NCBI GenBank assembly: GCA_963783305.1
Contig: CAWAMW010000016.1
Span: 256,001 to 320,000 of the forward strand
DNA length: 64,000 bases
Origin: an uncultured Gemmatimonadales bacterium
GTDB lineage: Bacteria; Gemmatimonadota; Gemmatimonadetes; Longimicrobiales; RSA9
Direction: 5' to 3'
Positions 32,529 to 43,125 of the stretch are shown here, piece after piece. The stretch's first letter is position 1. The number at the start of each line of letters is the position of its first letter. The position numbers and the translations under genes were made by a program. Under the pieces are notes generated by a model. The model made no database searches and was not told the origin of the DNA. It saw only the letters and a program-made list of their open reading frames with translations.

Positions 32529-33320
32529 GTGTCGACAGCTCGCGGGCTACGGGCGCCCGACGTCATCGGAGCCGCGCAGAGCGGTCTCGACCGACTGGGT
32601 CGCGGTGCGCTCATGGCCGCCGCCATCGTGCGCACCCTCGCCACGCCGCGGAAGTACCTCCACGCCTCGCTCACGCAGGCGTACCACATGGGGATCCGGT
32701 CGCTGCCGCTGGTGCTCTTCATGGCCCTCATCGGGGGCGCCATCGCCTCGCAGCAGACGGGGGCACAGTTCGCCGGCGGGCTCCCCACGTGGGTGATCGG
32801 CAGCGTGGTGGCGGCGGGCGTGCTCACCGAGATCGGACCGGTGCTGACGGCCATCGTTCTCATCGGCCGGCTGGGCGCCAGCATTGCCGCCGAGCTGGGG
32901 ACCATGAAGGTGACGGAGCAGATCGACGCCCTCTACTCCATCGGTCGCGACCCGATCACGCTCCTCATCGTGCCACGGGTGGTGGGGGGCGCGCTCGTGG
33001 TCCCGCCGCTGGTGATCATGGCCGACGCCATGGGCATCTTCTCCGGCTGGCTGGTCGGGATGATGACGGTGGATGGGCTGACGACCTCGGAGTTCCTCTT
33101 CGGCGCACGCTTCTACTTCCGCCCCTGGGTGCTCTACTTCTCGCTCATCAAGGCCGCCGTGTTCGGCGTGACCATCACGTTCCTCGCCTGCTTCATAGGC
33201 CTGGAAGGGCGGGGCGGGGCCGAGGGCGTGGGCCGGACGACGACCGCCGCCGTAGTGACCACCACCGTGGTCGTCATGGTGCTCGACCTGATCCTGATCC
33301 CGCTGCTGAAGGTAGCGTGA
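32529..33320 (+). CDS. mlaE: MlaE family ABC transporter permease
   Basis: EIGPVLTA, AAELGTMKVTEQIDAL, GAEGVGRTTT. Confidence 0.93.
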   Translation: MSTARGLRAPDVIGAAQSGLDRLGRGALMAAAIVRTLATPRKYLHASLTQAYHMGIRSLPLVLFMALIGGAIASQQTGAQFAGGLPTWVIGSVVAAGVLTEIGPVLTAIVLIGRLGASIAAELGTMKVTEQIDALYSIGRDPITLLIVPRVVGGALVVPPLVIMADAMGIFSGWLVGMMTVDGLTTSEFLFGARFYFRPWVLYFSLIKAAVFGVTITFLACFIGLEGRGGAEGVGRTTTAAVVTTTVVVMVLDLILIPLLKVA

Positions 33321-34063
33321 TGATCGAGTTCAACGGGATCTGGAAATCGTTTGGCGGTGAGGCGGTCCTGTCGGGTGTGGACCTCCTGGTCCGTGAGGGC
33401 GAGACGCTGGTTCTGCTCGGACCGTCGGGCACGGGCAAGAGCGTGTTGCTGAAGCACGCCATCGGCCTGCTCCGTCCGGACCGCGGCGATGTAAAGGTCG
33501 ACGGGGTATCCATCCCGGGGGCGGGGCCCGGTCAGCTCAAGCGGGTGCGCAAGAAGGTGGGGTACGTCTTCCAGCACGCGGCGCTGTTCGATTCCATGAC
33601 GGTGCTCGAGAACATGGCGCTGGCCATCCACGACGAGGACGAAGTCCGACCGGCGAGCCACGCACGAGCTGAGGCGATGGAGCTGCTCCGGCGCGTGAAC
33701 CTGGAGCCGATCGTACTGGATCAGTTCCCGGCCGAGCTGTCCGGGGGGATGCGGAAGCGGGTGGGCGTGGCGCGAGCGATCGCCAGCCGGCCGAGGTACG
33801 TGCTGTACGACGAGCCCACCACGGGTCTGGACCCCGTGAACGCCGAGATCATTGACGATCTCATCAGCGGTCTGGCCGACGACCTGGGCGTGACGAGCAT
33901 CGTGGTTACGCACGACCTGGAATCGGCGTTCCAGGTGGGTGACAGGATCGCGCTGCTCACCGAGGGACGGCTGCGTGCCGTGGGCACCCCGCAGGAGATA
34001 CTCGAGAGTGAAGATCCCGTGGTCCGGCGGTTCATGCATCGCCGCTTCGGAACCGCGGCTTGA
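33320..34063 (+). CDS. mlaF: MlaF family ABC transporter ATP-binding protein
   Basis: GPSGTGKS, LSGGMRKR, LYDEPTTGLDP, VTHD. Confidence 0.93.
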   Translation: MIEFNGIWKSFGGEAVLSGVDLLVREGETLVLLGPSGTGKSVLLKHAIGLLRPDRGDVKVDGVSIPGAGPGQLKRVRKKVGYVFQHAALFDSMTVLENMALAIHDEDEVRPASHARAEAMELLRRVNLEPIVLDQFPAELSGGMRKRVGVARAIASRPRYVLYDEPTTGLDPVNAEIIDDLISGLADDLGVTSIVVTHDLESAFQVGDRIALLTEGRLRAVGTPQEILESEDPVVRRFMHRRFGTAA

Positions 34064-34080
34064 GACGAGGGAGATAGAGA

Positions 34081-34950
34081 ATGGAATATCAGGTCAGGAA
34101 TCTGACGGCGCTCGGCCTGCTGGTCCTGGTGGCCGGCGGGGTCTTCGTGTGGGGGTTCTTCTTCCTGCTCGGCGATCCCATCGGCGTGGGCGGCGACGAG
34201 GTCGTGATGATGATGGGGGACGGTGCCGGGCTCAGCCGCGGGAACCCGGTCCAGCTGAACGGAGTGCAGATCGGAATGGTGCGGAGCGTTCAGCTGGATC
34301 CGCCCCATGGCGTCAGCGTGCGGCTCAAGGTCGACGACGATATTCGGCTGCCCGCCGACACGCGGGCTGTCGTCCGGACGGACGTCTTCGGGACCCACAG
34401 CATTCAGCTTCAGCCAGGCAGCGCACTGGTGGCGCTGGAGGGCGGGGATACCATCCAGGGCATGACGCAGGAGCCCCTCATGAGCCTGGCCACGGAGCTC
34501 GGCGGTCAGGCGCGGGGCATCATGGCCTCCGCCGACTCGCTCCTGTCCCCGAAGGCGGTGGGCGACCTGAGAGCCACAGCCGCCGAGCTGCCCAGCGCCG
34601 CGCAGCAGCTCCGGGCTGCGTTCGCGGAGCTCTCGCTCGCCGCCGCCTCCCTCCGGCGCACCGCCGAGGAGATGGAGCGCTCCGAGGCCGGAGCGGCCAC
34701 GGGCGCAACGTTGGCTGAGGTCCGCGAGAGCGCCCGCGCGGCCCGGGAGACGCTGGTCGTGATGGAGTCCTCCATGCAGTCGCTGGCGTCCGTTCTCGGC
34801 AAGGTGGATCGTGGAGAGGGGACGCTCGGGCGACTCGTCAACGACACGTCGCTCTACGCCGACATGGGCGCCACGCTCCGCGAGATCCGCTCCCTCACGG
34901 CCGATGTGCGGGAGAATCCTCGCAAGTACGTTACGGTACGGGTCTTCTGA
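34081..34950 (+). CDS. mlaD: MlaD/MCE family protein
   Basis: TM anchor; GL..G.PV.LNGV.IG.V; GEGTLGRLVND; follows mlaEF. Confidence 0.92.
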   Translation: MEYQVRNLTALGLLVLVAGGVFVWGFFFLLGDPIGVGGDEVVMMMGDGAGLSRGNPVQLNGVQIGMVRSVQLDPPHGVSVRLKVDDDIRLPADTRAVVRTDVFGTHSIQLQPGSALVALEGGDTIQGMTQEPLMSLATELGGQARGIMASADSLLSPKAVGDLRATAAELPSAAQQLRAAFAELSLAAASLRRTAEEMERSEAGAATGATLAEVRESARAARETLVVMESSMQSLASVLGKVDRGEGTLGRLVNDTSLYADMGATLREIRSLTADVRENPRKYVTVRVF

Positions 34951-35012
34951 CGGGAACGTCCCTTGCACTCCCTGCGCCTTGGGAGCGTACAGGCGAACCG
35001 GGAAGCGGGACG

Positions 35013-35348
35013 GTGAGAATGGTTGGCGTAGAAGGAATCCGACTCATGCTGCTGGTCTTCGCGTTCGTCGGATTCGCGGGTGCGGGGGCCGCCCTCGCCG
35101 TGGCCCGCGAGCGACTCCTCACCGACGGGGATCGGGACGCCGGTCTGGTGGCCATTACCTTCATGTTCACCCTCTTCGGAGCCCTCTGCACCCTCGCCGC
35201 CAGCGGGCCGTTCGGTGTGGTCGCCTTCGGGGGCGTCGTCGTCGGGGGCAGCTACCTCCTCATGGCGCGCCGTCTCGGGCTCCTGCGAATCGAGGTTCCG
35301 CCCACCGCCACCGCCGAGCGCGAAACCACGCACCACCACGGCACGTGA
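35013..35348 (+). CDS. Small membrane protein, hypothetical (start uncertain)
   Basis: Three hydrophobic segments; fills gap in a same-strand gene run. Confidence 0.65.
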   Translation: MRMVGVEGIRLMLLVFAFVGFAGAGAALAVARERLLTDGDRDAGLVAITFMFTLFGALCTLAASGPFGVVAFGGVVVGGSYLLMARRLGLLRIEVPPTATAERETTHHHGT

Positions 35349-35385
35349 ATCTCCGGCCGCACACGCTCCCCGAGACACACGCTCC

Positions 35386-36480
35386 ATGATCCTCATCTGC
35401 CCGACGGCGTTCAAGGGAACGCTCACCGCATCCGAAGCGACGGCGGCGATGGCGACGGGCGCCCGCGCCGCGGCGCCCACCGCCAAGCTGTGGCGCCAGC
35501 CGCTGTCGGACGGGGGGAACGGCCTCCTCAACGCGCTGGAGTCCATGGGGGGAGGTCGGGGCCGAGCAGCCCGCGTCGCCGGGCCGCTTGGCACGTCCGT
35601 GACCGCCCGCTACCTCGTGCAGGACCATCAGGCGGTGGTCGAGACCGCCGAAGCGTGCGGGGTGCACCTGGTCCCTGAGCCGCTCCGGGACCCGCTCCGG
35701 GCCGACACCCGGGGGGTGGGTGAGCTCCTGCTGGCCGCGGCCGAGTTCGCGCAGGACGACAGCCGTCTCGTCGTGGGGCTTGGCGGATCCGCCACCGTGG
35801 ACGCCGGGGCCGGTATGGCCACGGCACTCGGATGGCGCCTCCTCGACGAGGCCGGGGACCCCATCCGGCGGGGCGGCGGCGGGCTGCTCCGGCTCGCGCG
35901 CCTCGAGCGGCCCGCGGCGTCCGTGGTGCTCCCGGCGCTCACGGTCCTCGCCGACGTCACCAACCCGCTGGTAGGATCCGGAGGCGCCGCGCGCGTGTAC
36001 GCGCCGCAGAAGGGTGCGCGGCCAGTGGACGTGGACCGGCTGGAGCGGGCACTCGAGAACTGGGCGCGGGTGGTCGAGAATGCGCTCGGCATCGACGTGG
36101 CGGATGTCCCGGGCGGCGGGGCGGCGGGTGGGCTCGGGGCGGCGTTCGCGGCGCTGCTCGGATCGCCGCCGCAGCCGGGCGCCGACTGGGTGCTGGACGA
36201 AGTCGGGTTCGACCGGGCTCTCGCGGACGCGGCGGTGGTGGTAACGGGCGAGGGTGCCTGGGACGCGCAGTCGTCGATGGGGAAGGCCACGGGTGAGGTG
36301 GTCCGCCGGAGCCAGCGCGCCGGTGTGCCCGTGCTGCTGGTGACCGGCCGGTCGGAGGCCGCGGCGCCGGCGGGCGTAACCGTCGTAGCCGGGTCCTCCC
36401 GGACGATGACCACTGGCGATCTCTCCCGTCTGGTCTCGGAGTCGCTCCGCGGGTTGCTGCCTCCCACTCGCCGTCCCTAG
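35386..36480 (+). CDS. Glycerate kinase (GlxK/GarK family)
   Basis: P.AFKGTL.A, SDGG.G, GLGGSAT.DAG.G, DVTNPL.G, PQKGA, GAAGG, TGEG. Confidence 0.92.
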   Translation: MILICPTAFKGTLTASEATAAMATGARAAAPTAKLWRQPLSDGGNGLLNALESMGGGRGRAARVAGPLGTSVTARYLVQDHQAVVETAEACGVHLVPEPLRDPLRADTRGVGELLLAAAEFAQDDSRLVVGLGGSATVDAGAGMATALGWRLLDEAGDPIRRGGGGLLRLARLERPAASVVLPALTVLADVTNPLVGSGGAARVYAPQKGARPVDVDRLERALENWARVVENALGIDVADVPGGGAAGGLGAAFAALLGSPPQPGADWVLDEVGFDRALADAAVVVTGEGAWDAQSSMGKATGEVVRRSQRAGVPVLLVTGRSEAAAPAGVTVVAGSSRTMTTGDLSRLVSESLRGLLPPTRRP

Positions 36481-36492
36481 TTTCACCGACCT

Positions 36493-37812
36493 ATGACCAA
36501 AAACGATCTGATGGAAAAGCTCGTCTCGCTGTGCAAGCGGCGGGGCTACGTGTTTCAGTCTTCGGAGATCTACGGCGGGACCGGCTCGGTGTGGGATTAC
36601 GGTCCGCTCGGCGTGGAGCTGAAGAACAACATCAAGTCGCTCTGGTGGCGCTCCATGGTGCATCAGCGCGACGATATCGAGGGCCTCGACGCGGCGATCC
36701 TGATGAACCCGGAAGTGTGGGTCGCCAGCGGTCACGTGGAGGGCTTCACGGATCCACTCGTGGAGTGCAGGAACTGCCACCGGCGGTTCCGCGCGGACGT
36801 GCCCGACATCCAGGACGGGCAGTGCCCGGTGTGCGGCGCCAGCGAAGGCTTCACGGAGCCCCGCAACTTCAACCTCATGTTCAAGACGTTCATGGGGCCG
36901 GTGGAGGAGGACGCGAGCGTCGTATACCTCCGGCCGGAGACCGCCCAGGGCATCTTCGTGAACTTCCAGAACGTGGTGACCACGGCCCGGCAGCGGGTGC
37001 CGTTCGGGATCGCCCAGATCGGAAAGGCGTTCAGGAACGAGATCACCCCCGGGAACTTCATCTTCCGGACGCGGGAGTTCGAGCAGATGGAGATGCAGTT
37101 CTTCGTGGAGCCCGGCACCGACGATGAGTGGTTCGATCGGTGGAAGGAGATCCGCATGGAGTGGATGAAGTCGCTCGGGATCGACCCGGCGAAGCTGCGG
37201 TTCCACGAGCACGCCCCGGACGAGCTCGCCCACTACGCCAAGAAGGCTTTCGACATCGAGTACGAGCTGCCGTTCGGCTGGCAGGAGATCGAGGGGATCC
37301 ACAACCGCACGGACTTCGACCTGAGCCGGCACCAGCAGCACTCGGGGAAGCGGATGGAGTACATCGACCCCGCCGAGCAGGGGAAGCGCTACCTCCCCTA
37401 CATCATCGAGACATCCGCGGGCGCCGACCGCACCGCTCTCGTCGTGCTCGCCGACGCATACCGCGAGGAAGAGGTGGAGGGCGAGCAGCGCGTGGTCCTG
37501 GGCCTCCACCCCCGGCTCGCGCCCATCAAGGCGGCCATCTTCCCACTCGTGAAGAAGGACGGCCTGCCGGAGATCGCGATCCGGATCCACGATGATCTGA
37601 AGGCCGCCGGTATCAACTCGTTCTATGACGAGAGCGGCTCCATCGGGAAACGTTATCGACGGCAGGACGAGGCGGGCACACCGTTCGGCATTACCGTCGA
37701 CGGCCAGACGTCGGAAGACCAGACGGTCACCGTGCGGGATCGGGATACGCTCCAGCAGGAGCGGATCGCGGCGGACCGGGTCGTCGAGTACGTTCGCGAG
37801 CGGGTTACGTAG
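36493..37812 (+). CDS. glyQS: Glycine--tRNA ligase (alpha2 type)
   Basis: [50 protein letters not shown]. Confidence 0.97.
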   Translation: MTKNDLMEKLVSLCKRRGYVFQSSEIYGGTGSVWDYGPLGVELKNNIKSLWWRSMVHQRDDIEGLDAAILMNPEVWVASGHVEGFTDPLVECRNCHRRFRADVPDIQDGQCPVCGASEGFTEPRNFNLMFKTFMGPVEEDASVVYLRPETAQGIFVNFQNVVTTARQRVPFGIAQIGKAFRNEITPGNFIFRTREFEQMEMQFFVEPGTDDEWFDRWKEIRMEWMKSLGIDPAKLRFHEHAPDELAHYAKKAFDIEYELPFGWQEIEGIHNRTDFDLSRHQQHSGKRMEYIDPAEQGKRYLPYIIETSAGADRTALVVLADAYREEEVEGEQRVVLGLHPRLAPIKAAIFPLVKKDGLPEIAIRIHDDLKAAGINSFYDESGSIGKRYRRQDEAGTPFGITVDGQTSEDQTVTVRDRDTLQQERIAADRVVEYVRERVT

Positions 37813-38014
37813 AACGCTCGCTTCGCTCGCTATCGAACGCTCGCGGCTGCGCCGCTCGCTATGGAACGCGTTGCCGCTGACGCGGCTCGCTATCGGGGGC
37901 ATGGCGCTCGGGCTTCGCCCTCGCGGCACCTCGTTATTCGCGGCACCTTTACCTTCGCGGCACCTTTAGCTTCGCGGCACCCTTACCTTCGCGACACCCT
38001 TACCTTCGCGGCAC
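37812..38014. repeat. Left flank of four-helix-bundle cassette: inverted-repeat arm plus six copies of a 17-bp tandem repeat
   Basis: 37812-37861 matches the reverse complement of 38647-38696 at 47/50; TCGCG(G/A)CAC recurs at 37921, 37938, 37955, 37972, 37989, 38006. Confidence 0.9.
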
Positions 38015-38415
38015 TTTTCCGCTTCCGGGCGGGGCGGTGTGTTTCTGCGGGCTCGGTAGCGGCGAGTGAGGCCGTGGAGCATGGCGGCGACGCGGGCGAG
38101 GTGGGTTTCGCGGGCGTTGTATTCGTCGTCGTCGATCAGGTCGAGGGCGGCCAGCGCGTCCAGGTGACTGGCGCACTCGGAGGTCGAGCCCTGGGCGTAG
38201 CGGACGTGCTGCTCGGCTTCTCCGGGCTGCTTGTCCCGGCCGGTGGCCTCCCCGATGTTCGACAGGATCGAAAGCGAGGCCCCCAGCATCTGGGCCGAGA
38301 CCTTGAACGGCAGCCGCGGCTCCCGCCCCACCACGCCGACCGTCCAGGCGAAATGCTCGACCGCCGCCTGATAAACCTCCAGCCGCTTGAAGCCGAACCG
38401 ATACCTTTTCGCCAT
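37966..38415 (-). CDS. Four-helix bundle protein (23S rRNA IVS / bAvd-like family)
   Basis: F..LEVYQ, Q..GASLSI.SNI.E, A.GS..EC; strong GGAGGGAGGA RBS. Confidence 0.9.
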   Translation of the reverse strand: MAKRYRFGFKRLEVYQAAVEHFAWTVGVVGREPRLPFKVSAQMLGASLSILSNIGEATGRDKQPGEAEQHVRYAQGSTSECASHLDALAALDLIDDDEYNARETHLARVAAMLHGLTRRYRARRNTPPRPEAEKCREGKGVAKVRVPRS

Positions 38416-38520
38416 TCCTCCCTCCGTAGCTGTGCCTCAATCCTCACCCTTCGGCCTCTCCCGTCCATGGCGGAACCGGACGCTCTGCCAATTTCAGCGG
38501 CGGCCTCGGCGAACGCCGGG

Positions 38521-38696
38521 AAGGTCGAAGGTGAAGAAGGTCGAAAGCCCGAGAAGCCCGAGAAGCCCGAGAAGCCCGCCCCGATAGCGGGCCGCGCCAG
38601 CGGCCACGCGTTCGATAGCAAGCCCGCGCAGCGGCGCCGCGTCCCCTAGCGAGCGGCGAAGCCGCGAGCGTTCGATAGCGAGCAGAGCGAGCGTTC
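38521..38696. repeat. Right flank of four-helix-bundle cassette: 9-bp tandem repeat plus inverted-repeat arm
   Basis: AAGCCCGAG x~4 at 38545-38578; 38578-38618 and 38647-38696 are reverse-complementary to the left flank. Confidence 0.9.
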
Positions 38697-38772
38697 CGCC
38701 TTGCCGCCGGCACCATACGTCCGTACCCTAGGCCCTTCCCGATCACAACCCACCTGAAACGACAACTCAAAC

Positions 38773-40230
38773 ATGTCCCGATTCTCCAGCCGCTGGGGTA
38801 TGATGCTGGCCATGCTCGGCATGGCGGTCGGCACGGGCAACATCTGGAGGTTCCCACGCATCGCGGCGTCGAACGGCGGCGGCTCCTTCCTGGTGGCGTG
38901 GGTCGTCTTCCTCCTCCTGTGGTCGATCCCGCTCATCCTGGTGGAGTTCGCCATGGGCCGGGAGACGCGCTACGGGGCCGTGGGCGCGTTCAGCCGGCTG
39001 GTGGGCCGGAAGTTCGCGTGGATGGGCGCGTGGATCGCGTGGACGGCCACGGCCATCATGTTCTACTACACCGTCGTGATGGCGTGGACGCTCCGCTACT
39101 TCTGGGGGGCGCTGAGTGGCGAGCTGAGCGGGGCGGAGCCCGGCGCGGTCTGGGAGAGCTTCGCGTGGGGGCCCCAGGTGCTCGGGTTCCACGCGGTCGC
39201 CATGGTGCTGGCGGCGTGGGTGGTGGCGCGCGGAGTCCGCGGGATCGAGCGTGCGGCGACCATCCTGATCCCCAGCCTGTTCGTGCTGATCGTGGTGCTC
39301 ACGATCCGGGCGGTGACGCTGCCGGGTGCGTCGGCGGGGCTGAACTTCCTGTTCACCCCGACGTGGGAGGGGCTGACCGACCACCGCGTGTGGCTGGCCG
39401 CCCTTACGCAGAACGCGTGGGACACGGGGGCCGGATGGGGTCTCATCCTCACCTACTCCATCTACATGCGGAAGCGCGAGGACTCCACGCTCAACGGCTT
39501 CATGCTCGGATTCGGCAACAACGCCGTGTCGCTCATGGCGGGGATCCTGGTCCTCTGCACGGTCTTCTCGGTCATGCCGGGTGCGGCGAGCGAGATCGTG
39601 GGGGCGGGGAACGAGGGGCTCACCTTCATCTGGGTGCCGCAGCTTTTCAACGCCATGCCCGGTGGGCGGTTCTTCATGACGCTCTTCTTCCTGGCGCTCA
39701 TGTTCGCGGCCTGGTCCAGCCTCATCTCCATGATCGAGCTGGCGACCCGCGTGCTGGTGGATGGCGGCATGTCGCGCGGTCGCGCCCTCATGGTGGTGGC
39801 TTCCGCCGGCTTTGTCCTCGGCGTGCCATCCGCGTTGAGCCAGGCGGTGTTCCAGAACCAGGACTGGGTGTGGGGCGTGGGGCTCATGGTCTCCGGCCTC
39901 TTCTTCGCCATCGCCGTGCTGCGGTACGGCGTGACGCGGTTCCGGGAAGAGCTGGTGAACACCCCCTATTCCGACATCCGGATTGGCGCCTGGTGGGATT
40001 GGGCCATGCGTCTGGTGGTGGTGCAGGCGGTGGTGCTCATCATCTGGTGGACCACGCAGGTCGGAACGGAGGCGCCCTGGGGCCGCTACGGGATCTGGAA
40101 CACTCTGGCGCAGTGGGCGGTGGCGCTCGGCTTCTTCCTGGCGCTGAACCGCTGGATGGTCCAGCGGACGCACCCGGAGGTGGCCCGGGAGGAAGCGCCC
40201 GAGGGGCGCATGCCTCCGTCGATCCCCTGA
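38773..40230 (+). CDS. Sodium-dependent transporter, NSS/SNF family
   Basis: GMAVGTGNIWRFP...NGGGSF, YY.V, GLTFI..P, FAAWSSLISMIE. Confidence 0.94.
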   Translation: MSRFSSRWGMMLAMLGMAVGTGNIWRFPRIAASNGGGSFLVAWVVFLLLWSIPLILVEFAMGRETRYGAVGAFSRLVGRKFAWMGAWIAWTATAIMFYYTVVMAWTLRYFWGALSGELSGAEPGAVWESFAWGPQVLGFHAVAMVLAAWVVARGVRGIERAATILIPSLFVLIVVLTIRAVTLPGASAGLNFLFTPTWEGLTDHRVWLAALTQNAWDTGAGWGLILTYSIYMRKREDSTLNGFMLGFGNNAVSLMAGILVLCTVFSVMPGAASEIVGAGNEGLTFIWVPQLFNAMPGGRFFMTLFFLALMFAAWSSLISMIELATRVLVDGGMSRGRALMVVASAGFVLGVPSALSQAVFQNQDWVWGVGLMVSGLFFAIAVLRYGVTRFREELVNTPYSDIRIGAWWDWAMRLVVVQAVVLIIWWTTQVGTEAPWGRYGIWNTLAQWAVALGFFLALNRWMVQRTHPEVAREEAPEGRMPPSIP

Positions 40231-40243
40231 GCTCCGGTCGCAC

Positions 40244-40975
40244 ATGCGGTACGCCGAGTTCCAGCGGCGGGCGTCGCTCGTATGGGAGGAGATCCCGGAC
40301 GTGTATCGGTCCGGCGTCGACGGCCTGGTCCTGGAGCGGGAGGCCCGGGCGCACCCCACGATGCCGGAGATCTACACCCTCGGGGAGTGCCTGACCGAGG
40401 CGTACCCGTCCGACTGGGCCGGCCCGGAGACCACCCGCTCCGTCCTGGTGCTCTACTACGGGTCGTTCCGGCGGCTCGCCGAGCTCGACCCGGACTTCGA
40501 CTGGCGCTACGAGATCTGGGAAACCGTCACCCACGAGCTGCGGCACCACCTGGAGTCACTGGCGGTGGAGGACACGCTCGAGGACGTCGATTACGCAGTC
40601 GACGAGAACTTCAAGCGACTCGCGGACGAGCCCTTCGACCCCTACTTCTTCCGCTCCGGTGAGACCGTCGCGCCCGGCGTCTACGAGGCGGATCGCGACA
40701 TTTTCATCGAGGTCCCGTACCGCGCCGAAACGCCTCCTGGACCGTGGGTGGAGTTCGAGTGGGATGGCGCCCGACATTCGGTGGGCGTTCCGGGCGAGCT
40801 GGGAGACGTGACCTTCCTGCAGGTCGTGGGTGGTGTGGACCTCGGCTCGAGGGAGCTCTGCCTGGTCCTCGTGCGGCACAGGGGCTGGCTGGAGCAGTTG
40901 AAGAGCGTGTTCCGCCCTCGTCCGCCCACCGTCGTGGAGGCGGGTGTGACCGCCGTGGACCGGAGAACGGACTGA
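40244..40975 (+). CDS. Zincin-like metallopeptidase family protein
   Basis: HExxH (HELRH) preceded by LYYGSF. Confidence 0.8.
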   Translation: MRYAEFQRRASLVWEEIPDVYRSGVDGLVLEREARAHPTMPEIYTLGECLTEAYPSDWAGPETTRSVLVLYYGSFRRLAELDPDFDWRYEIWETVTHELRHHLESLAVEDTLEDVDYAVDENFKRLADEPFDPYFFRSGETVAPGVYEADRDIFIEVPYRAETPPGPWVEFEWDGARHSVGVPGELGDVTFLQVVGGVDLGSRELCLVLVRHRGWLEQLKSVFRPRPPTVVEAGVTAVDRRTD

Positions 40976-40996
40976 CGACGCACGGTCGAAGAGTCC

Positions 40997-42832
40997 TCAG
41001 GCCACCCACTCCTCGCCTAGCGTGCTCGCGAGGCGGTCCACCGCCCGCACCAGATCCCGCGGACGGAACGGCTTCGGCAGGAACGAGGCGGGGCCGGGCA
41101 GCGGCCGGTCACCGCGGGCGAAACGATCCGACCCGGAGAAGAAGAGCACGGGCAGCATCGGGTCCGCCTCCCGGATCCGCTGGGCCAACTCCGTGCCGGA
41201 GCCGGAGCCGAGCGACAGGTCGGTCGCCAGCAGCGTGAACGGGGGGCCCGCGCAGTGGAAGCGCTCCAGCGCTCGCTCGACATCGGCGTACTCCTCCACC
41301 TCGTGACCGGCGCCGGTGAGAACGCGCCGCATCAGCGACCGGATCGGCTCCTGGTCCTCCACCAGCAGGATCCGCTCGCGCGTCCGCTTCCGCTCCTCAT
41401 GCGGCGTGCGCGCGGCCGGCGTATCGACCGCGGTGGCAGAGTCGGCGGCAGGGAAGTGAAGGTGGAAGGTTGTCCCCCGCCCGGGCGCCGACTCGATCCG
41501 GATCCGGCCTCCGCTCCGCTCGACGATCCCGTAGACGGTGCTCAGGCCGAGTCCCGTCCCCTCCCCCTTCGCCTTGGTGGTGAAGAACGGCTCGAAGACG
41601 CGACCCAGGGTGTCCTCGTCCATTCCTGCCCCCGTGTCCCTGATGGCCAGACTCGCCTCGCGCCTGCCATCGTCCGGATTCACCGAGGCTGCGGAGGTGA
41701 TGGTGATCGTGCCGCCGTGCGGCATGGCGTCCCGTGCGTTCACCACCAGGTTCAGCACCACCTGCTCGAGCTGACCGGCGTCCATGAGGACGGCGCCGGA
41801 TTCCGGATGAAGGTCCAGGACGAACTCGATCTCCGAGCCGATCACGCGATGGAGCATCTTTTCCAACCCCTCCACCACCGGGTTCAGCGGGATCCTTTCC
41901 GGGCGGCCCACGTCGGACGCCCTGCTGAACGCCAGGAGCTGCCGCGTGACGTGCGTGGCGAGATCGGCCGCCCGCTCGATCTCGCCCAGGTCCTCTCGGA
42001 GCGGGTCCCCCGGCGAGAGGGCCCGCGAGATCAGGTCCGCATGGCCCCGGATGGTCGTGAGCAGGTTGTTGAAATCGTGGGATACGCCGGCGGCCAGCCG
42101 GCCCATGGCGTCCATCTTCTGCGACTGCCGAAGCTGTTCCTCGAGAGCGCGCCGTTCGGTCATGTCCCGCGCCACGCCGAGAATGGCGCGCTCGCCGAAG
42201 TACAGCGTGGGGCTCAGCGTGATGTCCAGCGGAATCGGTCGACCTTCCCGTGTGCGGCCCCACCACTCGAACCGCTGCGGGTCCCCGTCGAGAGCCTGGT
42301 GCAGCCTGTGCTCGCCCGAGGCCAGGTCCACCCGGTCGGGCGCCGTGAGGTCCCCGAGCGTGCATCCCACGAGCGCGTTTCGGCTCATACCGAAGAGCCC
42401 AGCGGCCGCGGGGTTCGCCTCCATCACCTCGGCGTTGGTAGCCACGATGAACAGGGGCTCGATGCTGTTGTCGAACAGGTCGCGATAGCTCGTTTCGCTC
42501 TCCACCAGCGCCTGCTCCCGTTCCGCGACTTTTCGGCGCGCGGTGCGGAGCAGATGGCTCAGGAGCGTGATCAGGAGCGCGAAGACGAGCAGGAGCGCGG
42601 CCCGGACGCGGTCCCCGGGGTGGGCAATGGCCAGTGAGGCGTGCGGCGCGAGGATGGCATACGCCGCTCCCAGGACGGACACCAGAGACGCCGTGAATCC
42701 CGCCGGTACGCCACCGAACAGCGCGCTCCCCAGCACCACCACGAGGTAGAGGAGGAAGATGTTCTGGTGCAGAAGTGGCTGCGCGGCCGTGATGAGGCTT
42801 GCCACCACCGCCGCCGCCGCCGCGAGCAGCAC
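40997..42832 (-). CDS. Hybrid sensor histidine kinase (membrane DUF4118-like, PAS, HisKA, HATPase, receiver); start uncertain
   Basis: [38 protein letters not shown]-terminal receiver with KPF. Confidence 0.93.
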   Translation of the reverse strand: MLLAAAAAVVASLITAAQPLLHQNIFLLYLVVVLGSALFGGVPAGFTASLVSVLGAAYAILAPHASLAIAHPGDRVRAALLLVFALLITLLSHLLRTARRKVAEREQALVESETSYRDLFDNSIEPLFIVATNAEVMEANPAAAGLFGMSRNALVGCTLGDLTAPDRVDLASGEHRLHQALDGDPQRFEWWGRTREGRPIPLDITLSPTLYFGERAILGVARDMTERRALEEQLRQSQKMDAMGRLAAGVSHDFNNLLTTIRGHADLISRALSPGDPLREDLGEIERAADLATHVTRQLLAFSRASDVGRPERIPLNPVVEGLEKMLHRVIGSEIEFVLDLHPESGAVLMDAGQLEQVVLNLVVNARDAMPHGGTITITSAASVNPDDGRREASLAIRDTGAGMDEDTLGRVFEPFFTTKAKGEGTGLGLSTVYGIVERSGGRIRIESAPGRGTTFHLHFPAADSATAVDTPAARTPHEERKRTRERILLVEDQEPIRSLMRRVLTGAGHEVEEYADVERALERFHCAGPPFTLLATDLSLGSGSGTELAQRIREADPMLPVLFFSGSDRFARGDRPLPGPASFLPKPFRPRDLVRAVDRLASTLGEEWVA

Positions 42833-43125
42833 GGGCAGTGTCAGGCTCGCGGCGCGCGCGAGCCACGCTCCGTTATCTTCACGGACCTGAATGAGCCTGC
42901 TCCGGCTGAAGTGTTGCTGCGCGTTGGACCGTCCACAGTATCGACAGCCGGATCCGCCCCTTTAGCAGGTCACTGAAGGAGTCTGTGGCCGGAGCGACCG
43001 GTCGCCTGCGCGCCCTGTCGATTCGCGTCGCTGCGCTCCTGGTCGATCGCGGGTCCCGCAGGGATCGGCCCTCGACTCCGGCGGGAGAAATGGACGTCGG
43101 CGTGGAGTGTGCCTATTCTCACTCC

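Noticed and set aside
37966..38415. Diversity-generating retroelement suggested by the Avd-like protein
   Set aside because: No reverse transcriptase and no template/variable repeat pair differing at adenines in this window
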